A stretch of 32,255 bases of DNA from Octopus sinensis (Eukaryota): NCBI RefSeq assembly GCF_006345805.1, contig NW_021827553.1, forward strand, positions 1 to 32,255, written 5' to 3'. This document shows positions 22,765 through 32,255 of this stretch, one piece after another. A program made the translations under genes and the position numbers. The notes beneath the pieces were generated by a model that ran no database searches, had not been told where the DNA came from, and was given only the letters and a program-made list of their open reading frames with translations. The stretch's first letter is position 1, and each line of letters begins with the position of its first letter.

Positions 22765-22933
22765 GCCGCAGCTGTGTGGTAAGAAGTTTTCATGGTTCCG
22801 GGTTCAGTACCATTGCGTGGCACCTAGAACAAATGTCTTTTACCATAGCCTCAGGCTGACCAAAGTCTTGTGAGTAGATTTGGTAAACGGAAACTCAAAG
22901 AAGCTTGTCATATATATTTATATATGTGTTTGT

Positions 22934-22971
<38 letters not shown>

Positions 22972-22983
22972 TTCTCCACCACC
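22765..22983 (+). mobile_element. SINE family B, 5' half ending shortly after its internal (TG)n
   Basis: gctgtgtggtaagaag...ggttccgggttcagtacc...ctttaccatagcc-like body, then (TG)n. Confidence 0.8.
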
Positions 22984-23402
22984 AAATTAAACACAGCAAT
23001 CCACCAGAAACATCCAGCACTTGCTAATTGTAAGGTCATTGTCTTTCATCACAACAATTCCAAACCACACACTACTTTGCAAACATGACAGAAGTTACTA
23101 GGGCTTGGCTAGGGAGTTTTGTCTTCAAATTTCCTCCCATCTTGGTCTCTTAGAATTTCATTGAATGAACTGACATTCAACTCTGAAGAGGATATAATAA
23201 TTCACCTGGAAGAATTTTCACCAGTAAAAATAGGAAATTCTTTGAGCAGGGAATAATGGATCCACAAATAAGATGGCTGGAGATACAGGAACAAAATGAT
23301 AATTATATCATAGAATGAATACCTTGGTTTGTGTTTAAAACTTGTGTCTTATATCAGATTTTCGTTTTAAAAACTGAACGAACATTTTAGCCATCCCAGT
23401 AT
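22984..23402 (+). mobile_element. Mariner transposon 3' portion (transposase pseudogene plus right TIR)
   Basis: KLNTAIHQKHPALANCKVIVFHHNNSKPHTTLQT*QKLLGLG*...LNELTFNSEEDIIIHLEEF...FFEQGIM...RWLEIQEQNDNYIIE*. HHDNARPH-like motif; the YSPDL region is deleted; TIR-like gaacattttagccatcccag plus TA. Confidence 0.85.
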
Positions 23403-23679
23403 TACACACACACATGCATACATATATATAAGTATAATACACACACACATCTTTATGTGTGTGTGTGTTGCTACCCTCTCTGCTGCAATAGGCAATATAA
23501 TGATATATGCATGTAATTACTGCCTGCTGTTAGTATACTGGTGTGTTTCTTCTTGCACTGTTAAATGGTTAATGTTACTCATAGTCTTGGTTTTGGCTCT
23601 GCGGATCCTATTATCTGATTCTTATGTCCAACATGTATTTGCATAGACGCAGACACATAACGCACACGATTACACACAT

Positions 23680-23974
23680 ACATGCATGCATACATACATA
23701 CATACATACATACATACATACATACATACATGCATACATGCATGCATACATTTATACATACATACACACATATATACACACATACTTACATATATATGTA
23801 TATATATATGTACATACTCATATATATATGTGCGTGTGCGTGTGTGTGTGTGCATGCATGTATCAAAGTGCAATTATATATATAAGTATATATATATATA
23901 TATATACATATACACACAGACATACATGCATCTGTGTAAATGTGTGTATATATATATGTATCTATGTGTGTATT

Positions 23975-24011
<37 letters not shown>

Positions 24012-24120
24012 CACATATATATATATATGTATACATACATACATAATACATACATATATATATATATATATCTATATTAGATATATATATAATATATATA
24101 TAATATGTGTGTATGTATAT
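23680..24120. repeat. Mixed (CATA)n/(TA)n/(CA)n array
   Basis: Directly visible. Confidence 0.9.
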
Positions 24121-24692
24121 GTTTGAATGAAGCTTTTATATTACGATAGCAAGAACAGAGAGTGTTCCATTAACGAAAACCATTAACGCCTGGCAAAGAG
24201 ACCACCGAGGAATATGAATGGACCATTTACAAAGACTGCTTTAAGTGAATGCTTTATTTCCAAAGACGTTACTTTGTCTTCCAAACCGATTCTGCTGCCG
24301 GCTGAGAGTTAATAATACAAACGAGAAAACTATGCAGATTGTATATTCAATATGTCTGAAGATGTTTGTAAGTTTTATTTGTGATTTATCAAGTGATTTG
24401 TGAAATAGCTTAGCATTTCATTATGACTGTATGTTGGGTTGTGTCTTTGAACTTAAGAAAATATCCGAATACCATGTGACGTAAATTATCTTTATGAAAG
24501 AAATTTCAAATTTTTCCTGTTACAACTTTGTTGCTGAGTTGTATAAATTTATTGTCGAATACATTGATTTAAGTTTGAAAAAGATACGGGATTATCACAA
24601 CACTATTGCGCAGTCTTTATCAAGTTTTCATTGGTGGTCCCCAAATTTTTATTCAACAATTTGTTTGATAATATAAAATTTGGGTAAAGGTT

Positions 24693-24915
24693 CATAGCCA
24701 CGTGGTTATGATGTTTGGCTTGTGATGATAAGGTTGACGGTTCAATTCCTAGATCGGGAGGAACGTTTTATATTCTTGAGCTAGACACTTCTTTTCGCGT
24801 TGCTCCAGTATCTTTTCCGCTCTAATGAGCACAACCTTCTTTCTTTCCGTCCAATCGCGAATACATGGCTACCAAGCCATGCGAGGTCGCGAGTGACGAT
24901 TTGCTGTACTACACA
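24693..24915 (+). mobile_element. SINE family C, diverged
   Basis: A-box-like tagccacgtggtt, B-box ggttcaattcc, CORE-like ttcttgagctagacacttc...cgttgctccagt. Confidence 0.6.
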
Positions 24916-24953
24916 GAATTAAAAAAACAAAAATAAGGAAAAAAAAGGATCAT

Positions 24954-25838
24954 TGCTAATACTAAATTAGTAACATAACTGTGTATATAATTGGCTTGCA
25001 TTATATATCTGCGGCTTGCTAAACAATAAACATATCAACATATCAAAATATAACTGTCATATCTATTATATAAAATCCGTTCTGTCTGTTTGTGTGTGTG
25101 TGTCTTCTAGGATCTCGGGTATCCTCCATCCGATTGCGCTCAAATTTGATATGTCGATACCGACGGTATCAGGGCGTGTATAAGTCTTGAAAAAATTACA
25201 AAGATCGATTCCAGGTGAGAATGCGATCGATAAAACCGTTTTATCCTGCTTTTCTTCCGTCAACCTGTACATAACTGCACCTTCCATTTTTTGTTGTTTT
25301 TATACTGCTTAAAGGCACGTTTCTTTCCTGCCAAGCTTACTATTTAAACCATGTGTGTGTCCTCCCAGTCAACAGCCTTATCATTACTGGTAATTTAAAC
25401 TCTTCGGTTGCATATTTGTGTGAATAAAATCGTTTTTCTTTGGAATAGAAAAAAGTCTATCTTTATTTCTTCTTTTGCTGGTGTCTCAAATTTAGGTTAA
25501 ATCTGTGTTTCTCAAAGGGGAGGCCTATGGGACGGTCGGACAGGTTGTTTTGAGAAAATTTGGTTTAAATGTTTGGCAACTCAGCATCGTCCATTGGACG
25601 GGGGGCGTTTTGCTCGTATCATATATTTGCGGTTTGCTAAACACTAATTTAGCAACATATCTGTGTATATAATAACTATGTATCACATTTTTGTGGTTTG
25701 CCAAACGCTAAATTACTAACATATCTATATATGCTATAGGTATGCATTATATGTTTTTGGCTTGCTAAACGCTAAATTAGCAACACGTCTATGTATATAA
25801 TAAACATGTATCTTTAAATTGCTAATCGCTATATTGCT
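24954..25838. repeat. ~63-bp degenerate minisatellite (~6 units) interrupted by an insertion
   Basis: The unit tttgcggcttgctaaacgctaaattagcaacatatctgtgtatataataactatgcattata recurs on both sides of 25062-25616. Confidence 0.75.
25062..25616 (+). mobile_element. Non-autonomous Helitron-like element
   Basis: A|TCTATTATATAAAA 5' end followed by a gtctgt/gtgt tract. The 3' hairpin cgtcca-t-tggacg (25588-25600) is followed by CTCG|T, one mismatch from CTAG; inserted at an AT site with no TSD. Confidence 0.6.
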
Positions 25839-26109
25839 CCAAGACGTTTTAATGCTTCCTCACTTCAACTCATAAATATAGAATAAATTCCATTGAAATT
25901 TGTGTAGAAGCGACTTCTAAAAGCAGTTTATTTATTACTGGAGGGCAAAATATCGCAGAGACAAGACATATACAATGTGTAGTTGCCTCAAAATATTTCG
26001 ATAGTTTTATAATTTATGAGAGATTTTGTATCGTAAGATCGGATACAGCTCCTCTCACAATGGGAAGGATTTCAAAAGAGATACCCAGATCAAAACATTA
26101 AGCAAATAC

Positions 26110-26410
<301 letters not shown>

Positions 26411-26799
26411 AAGAGAAAATAGCAAATTCTTCATGACCGTTGCTGTAGCAGTCAATGTGTTTGCAAAGAACAAATCAGGAAAAAAAAAAAAAGGAAACCC
26501 AACAGCAAGGAAAACCGCAGCACAAACCTAAATGGATTATTGAAACTGTTTATAGTTTTCTTAGAAACTCTGCGAGTCCAATTCCACTTCCAAAGTGGAA
26601 AGTGTAGCACTTGAGGCAGCGCGGTGCTTAATGCTTTCTTGCATTTAATAAATTCTTCTTTTGCAGATTTTTAAAAAAGGTGTTTTTTTCCCATAAAATG
26701 ATGTGTAAATATGATTAATAAAAATTCTAGGAAAAAAACGAATGAAATGTAAGAATATTTCAACCATGGTAGTTTGGTTTTCGATTGTAGCAACAAGGA

Positions 26800-26800
<1 letters not shown>

Positions 26801-26884
<84 letters not shown>

Positions 26885-27083
26885 CATTATTATTATATTA
26901 TTATTATCATCATTATTATTATTATTGTTGTGTTTGTTGTGGTTATTATTATTATTGTTATTGTTATTGTTATTATTATTATAATATTATTATTATTATG
27001 TATTATTATCATTATTATTATATGATTATAGTATTATTATTATTATTAGTAGTAGAATATAATATTATTATTATTATTATTAA

Positions 27084-27123
<40 letters not shown>

Positions 27124-27182
27124 ATTATTAATATATTATTATTATTATTATTATTAATATTATTAATTATATCATCATGATC

Positions 27183-27214
<32 letters not shown>

Positions 27215-27234
27215 CATTATTATTATTATTATTA

Positions 27235-27287
<53 letters not shown>

Positions 27288-27288
27288 T
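26801..27288. repeat. Long (ATT)n array with an (ATG)n block
   Basis: Directly visible. Confidence 0.95.
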
Positions 27289-28017
27289 CATAGCAATGAA
27301 TTATTTCTTTTAATATTATGTGTGCGTGTGTTTATGAACATACACACACATACATATCCACATACATACACACACGCACACATCAATGAATGCATATATG
27401 TGTAATGGAGATATATATATATATATGTGTGTGTATGTCTGTGTGTGCATATATACATAGATATATATACACTTACATAGTTACATCCATACATACAAAC
27501 GTACGTACGTACATTTGCATGTATGTATGTATGATTGCATGTCTATGTATCTATCTATCTAGCTATCTCCCCCCCCCCACTGTTTGTGCTATGTACGTGT
27601 GTGTGTCTGTACCTGTGTACACATACACATGCCTGTGTGTATGCGTGTGTGTATGCGTGTGTGTATGCGTGTGTGTCTTTGCACGTGTGCCTGTATAGAT
27701 ACGCGCGTGCGTGTGTGTATTTGTGGATTATTAATTACGTTTCTCGAAGCTGATGTTTTCCACTTGGCTGACCTGGCCGATTCTAAGAATAAAACCAATA
27801 TTTTGGGCTGCAATCTATCAATCAGGAAAGTAAAGAGTGCTTACCGGTCGATTTGAAACCTCGTCGTCGAATCAATCGCGTTTTATGTTATTTGCAGATA
27901 TTTTGTGAAAGGCTCTCTTTGACCCGAATCTTAAACATGGTACCTTCCAAAGTATAAAATGGAACAGCTGATAGTTTCGCTAATCATTTTTTTCTTTTAT
28001 TTTTTGCCAATCCTAAT

Positions 28018-28109
28018 GTGGCGAGCTGGCAGAGTTGTTAGCACGCCGGGCGAAATGCGTAGCCATATTTCGTCTGCCGTTACGTTCTGAGTTCAAACTC
28101 TGCCGAGGT
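28018..28109 (+). mobile_element. SINE family A head only
   Basis: gtggcgagctggcagagttgttagcacgccgggcgaaatgc...gagttcaaactctgccgagg. Confidence 0.85.
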
Positions 28110-28123
28110 TCCACTCAGTTTCC

Positions 28124-28274
28124 GACGGGGTTTCACTCAGTTTCCGTCTACCAAATCCATGCACAAGGCTTTGGTCAGCTTGGGGCTACAGAAAAACACT
28201 TGTTTAAGGTGTCTTGCAAGGGACTGAACCCGGAGCCATGTGGTTGGAAAGCACAGTTCTTACCGCACAACCAC
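28124..28274 (-). mobile_element. SINE family B 5' half, inverted against the family A head
   Basis: tcagtttccgtctaccaaatcc...gggactgaacccggagccatgtggttgg...ttcttaccgcacaaccac. Confidence 0.85.
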
Positions 28275-28664
28275 ACGTTATTGGAATAAATTATTGAAAT
28301 ACATTTACTTTCGTTAACCTGACATCAAATGTTATCTGGTCTAAAACTCTGCAGGGATTCTAAAGCTGACATTCGCTGACCCACAGTCTTAACCACATAT
28401 AAATAACATCTCTGCACAAACACTTCAATTATCTGAGATCGCTTGCCATCACGTGTTGTCTTGTACTAATGGTAAATGGTTCTTATAGTTTAATACCATT
28501 CACTATTTTCACTTGTGTGAGCACCGAATTATTGATATATTGTTTCGTCAATCAGCCATGTCACCTTCAAATATTCCCGCGAAAATTGGGCAAACAAAAG
28601 AAACCACTCTTTAGTGCTATCTCTCAAAAATATCTCGGACTCCTACGGGTTGAACTGCTTTGTT

Positions 28665-28709
<45 letters not shown>

Positions 28710-28856
28710 ATACTCACACAAACACACACACACACACACACCACACACACACACCACACACACACACATATATATACATATATATTTATATATATGTATG
28801 CATGTAATATATATATATATATGTATGTATGTAATTGTATATATATGTATGTATGG

Positions 28857-28898
<42 letters not shown>

Positions 28899-28904
28899 TA
28901 TATA

Positions 28905-29218
28905 TGAGCCCTAGGGTCTTAGGGCCGCGGTTCTTCAGTTTCCATGGCGTATAAGAGACCGAGATCACAACAATCCTACTGAATGGGGCGTCGGTCCTTT
29001 GTAAGGTTCAAGGCCAAAAATTTTGAAGGGAGACGGGAAGTCGATTACATCGATCCTCAGTACTCGACTTGTACTTTATTTTATCGTCCCGAAGGGATGA
29101 AAGACAAAGTTAACCTTGGTGGGATTTGAACTCACAATACAAAGTGCCAGAAGAAATGCCACAAAGCATTTGCCCTGACGTGCTAACGATTCTGCTAAGC
29201 TTGCTAGTTTTCTCTTAC
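28905..29218 (-). mobile_element. SINE family A (29010-29218) followed by a V-domain-like SINE tail (28905-29005)
   Basis: The reverse complement reads gcagaatcgttagcacg...gagttcaaatccc...gatgtaatcgact, then ggaccgacgccccattcagtagg...gccatggaaactgaagaaccgcggccc. Confidence 0.7.
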
Positions 29219-29344
29219 TATATTCAACATTGTATAAAGCCATGTTTAAGGGTTAATTTGTCATCATCTGGCCGATCTATCGGGTCCCTAGTTTGCGTAT
29301 AGCGGACTGGCTTGTGGCTATACAGGTTAGCGGCGAATACTCAA

Positions 29345-29389
29345 TAAGAAGCCCGGGACAGAATCCCAGGTTGCCCGATGGCCACCCTG
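29345..29389 (-). mobile_element. Isolated hAT (Tip100-like) terminal repeat
   Basis: Reverse complement cagggtggccatcgggcaacctgggattctgtcccgg resembles CAGGGTGGCCA/CAGGGTGACCA termini with CGGGACA subterminal motifs; no partner end found. Confidence 0.4.
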
Positions 29390-30739
29390 TTAGAGTGACG
29401 GTGAAATCCTGAAGCCCTGGAAAGGGCGGAAATGCCGCTATCATTGAAAAGCCGGATGGTGGGAGGAAATGAAATGCAATACATAAAAAATATTTCGTCT
29501 TTGGAATTGTTCCCTCTTCGCAGAACAAATTGCATTTTTATGAATCTTGGTCTGGGAAACCCGTCAGTTTGACTGGCACTGCAATCTTGTAAAGGACCTA
29601 TGACCGTAGACGAGAAATGAGCAATCGAAAGACATTCAAAGGGTTAATTAAAATATAAAAAAAATTTTCAGAATAAATTATTTTGGTTTGATTTCTTTCT
29701 TATCGGAAAATTTTGTCTACTCCCTTTGGGATATCGCTTTCAACTCAGAAATATCAAATAAATACACAGAACGAAAAAAACAAAAAAACCCTTTAATGAA
29801 AGCAGTTATTTTGGCAAGGAAAGGGATTTTGGATTATTAAGCAAAACCATGTGGCATCGAATATCAGCCAACAGTATCCAGTGGGGAGGCATTAATTTAT
29901 AAAATGTTATCCGTTTTCTAGTAACGAAGAACCAAATTATTGAATCGTTGCTATCATTGATATAACTACGTATATATGTATGTATATATGTGTGTATATT
30001 ATACACACACACAAACACACACATACACACACAAACACACGCACACACACACCACACACACACACATATATATATATATGTATTTATGTATGTATGTACG
30101 TACGTAGTAGCTGGTATCACTGATATAGCTTTAGTAGAGCCGGATAATGATACTATCTGTAGGTTTAACCACTTCAAACATGGTTACTACAGACAACTAG
30201 CACTATATAGCTTAACAGCATAACACACACACTTACACATACATTTACACAGACACACACACACACTTACGCACATATGTATATATGCGCATATATATGT
30301 GTATGTGTATGTGTGTTTATATGTGTATTCATATTTGTTTCATCTGTATTTCTGTAGAAGGTTGCAGATGTCATGGCGGAATTGGAAGAATGATGAAACT
30401 CGAGTTGAAAGGATCGCATTCCGTATTCTACCAACGGTTTCCAGCTGCGTCCCAGGGTATTATCTACGAAGCTAAATCGCCACCAATTTACACGCTGTTC
30501 TCTTAAAAATGGAAGGACACGTTGGATAAAAAAAACAGGTTGGTCGCGAATAGAGTGTCGGATAAAAAAATAGGTTGACCACGAGTGGAGTGTCTTTTAA
30601 CCATAGGCCTGCTCGAACAGATATCATCTGTGCCTAAATAACAACAGAAAGCATTTAACTGTTCATAGCTCAGTCTACACAGCTGTAACTAGAATACACA
30701 GTGAGTTACGTTTTGACTTTCTGCTACCATATTTAGCGA

Positions 30740-31110
30740 ATCTCTTGTTCGCTGACAATTTTCTACGATGTCTTCTTCGTATAGTTTCGATTGGAATATT
30801 GCTCTTATTGTTCATTCTGTGACCGGGTTCCATTCAACATTTGGATATGCTTTTGTTTTTATGACATGAGAAGAGCATCATTGTATTTCCTCTCTTCCCG
30901 TGGCACTGTCGGCCAATCTCTCTCACCCCTCCTCAGTATATCCGGATTTTAACGTCCAGTTTCCTCCATTACTCGTACTAGTTTCTCAGTTTGAAACATG
31001 GTCCAAATATTTCATGTTCCCATGTTCCTATTCTTGTTTTAGTAGCAGTTCTGACAGCTGAACTTTTCATCGAGAGCTGATCTCTCTGTCACCCTCCATC
31101 CAGATCCGTC
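30740..31110 (-). mobile_element. RTE-clade LINE 5' remnant (AP endonuclease N-terminus)
   Basis: KTRIGTW(N), TMFQTEKLVRVMEETGR*NPDILRRGERDWP and EWNPVTE*TIRAIFQSK match RTE APE motifs (RIGTWNVRT, DILG+SE.RW, EW.P+S.RII.ARF). Confidence 0.75.
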
Positions 31111-31494
31111 AAATCTTTGGACGAACTTTCACCCGTGCTCCGTTATAAACATATATTTCTAATCAAATTTTTGCCGCACACTACATTAAATACAGTAATA
31201 CTAACCAAAAACACCCACCTCACATCCATATTTGATGTAAGATTAAGAAAACTATCTCTTGATCGTTCGGATACTTGGTTCTGGGTGGAAAGACACTTAG
31301 ACTTTTTTAATAAAGCTGGTTGATATAAGATAATGAAAAGGATTTGTTTTCATCAGCTGGGTCATGTGGTACGATCGGCAGGTGTCACGTGCTTCTTATT
31401 GTTCAGCGTTTGTGAGACAAACTATTCGTTCAGATAAATCTAAAAACTAGGAAACGTGTTGTGTGATTTCGCCGCTATTGTTTGTACACCTTTT

Positions 31495-31995
31495 TATGTA
31501 TGTATGTATGTATGTATGTATGTATGTATGTATGTATGTATGTATGTATGTATTTATGTATGTATGTATGTATGTATATAGGTATGTATGTATGTATGTA
31601 TTTATGTATGTATGTATGTATGTATGTATGTATGTATGTATATAGGTATGTATGTATGTATGTATGTATGTATGTATGTATGTATGTATGTATGTATGTA
31701 TGCATGCATGTATGTATGTATGTATGTATTTATGTATATATGTATGTATGTATATAGGTATGTATGTATGTATGCATGCATGTATGTATGTATTTATTTT
31801 ATATATATATGCGTGCGCATAGATAATCACTTACGCATAGACAAAGTAATTCACATATAATGATGTACACAAACATACATACATGTATACATACATGCAT
31901 ACATACATACATGCATACATACACACATACATACATACATGTATGCATACGTGCATACACACATACATGCATATGCATCCATCTATGCATACAAC
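31495..31995. repeat. Long (TATG)n then (CATA)n array
   Basis: Directly visible. Confidence 0.95.
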
Positions 31996-32029
31996 CACAT
32001 ACACACCCGCATATTAGTTCGACTCTCAA

Positions 32030-32255
32030 CATGGCGTGCGCGGAGCTCACCCCCGCCACGTTCCGACGCTCGTCTCACTTTACCACACAATAACCGTCTT
32101 AGCAATAGAAATATTAATAATTCTCCATCTTGGCAGAAGGCCAAAAGGTTAGCAAGAGACGGATATAGTCCAATATATATGACCTCAGAAGAAGTTTGAA
32201 CTTGGGCAAGCCACAAGCCGGGAGCCGAACTATCTGATCCACGGCTGATTGTCCT
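32030..32255 (-). mobile_element. RTE-like LINE C-terminal remnant
   Basis: FGLLPR-(M)EN ... RRLLCGKVRRASERGG resembles RTE FGH+.RM...R+P+++L.G++...R.RG. Confidence 0.45.

Noticed and set aside
26582-26600. Hairpin ttccactt/aagtggaa
   Set aside because: An isolated 8-bp inverted repeat with no context; compatible with chance.
29524-29588. Plus-strand 65-nt exon candidate NKLHFYESWSGKPVSLTGTAI
   Set aside because: Plausible splice sites but no partner exons or homology, and opposite in strand to the other candidates.
30100-30223. Unique island AGITDIALVEPDNDTICRFNHFKHGYYRQLALYSLTA
   Set aside because: The acceptor lies in microsatellite sequence and no homology was recognised.
31117-31323. 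68-aa plus-strand ORF
   Set aside because: Non-ATG start, no domain, and adjacent to the RTE 5' region.

Overview
AT-rich, microsatellite-saturated eukaryotic non-coding DNA. The SINE families resemble those I recall from octopus, so it is probably Octopus intronic or intergenic DNA (inference, not searched). No intact protein-coding gene, RNA gene or CRISPR array is supported, and nearly all ORF-track entries are translations of simple repeats. The window is a mosaic of element remnants: about 11 tRNA-derived SINE copies or fragments (3 types), three fragments of R4/Dong-like restriction-like-endonuclease (RLE) non-LTR retrotransposons, RTE-like LINE pieces, a Ty3/gypsy integrase remnant, mariner, pogo/Tigger-like and hAT-like ends, and a Helitron-like element inside a ~63-bp minisatellite. 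The most interesting signals are two minimal hammerhead-ribozyme-like cores (one in the loop of a long hairpin), two RLE copies whose 5' junctions both abut (CATA)n (possible microsatellite targeting), a SINE family carrying its own internal microsatellite, an inverted SINE pair, CpG/YY1/CTCF-like motif clusters and weak minus-strand exon candidates of an unidentified gene. I found no convincing wholly new biological system.
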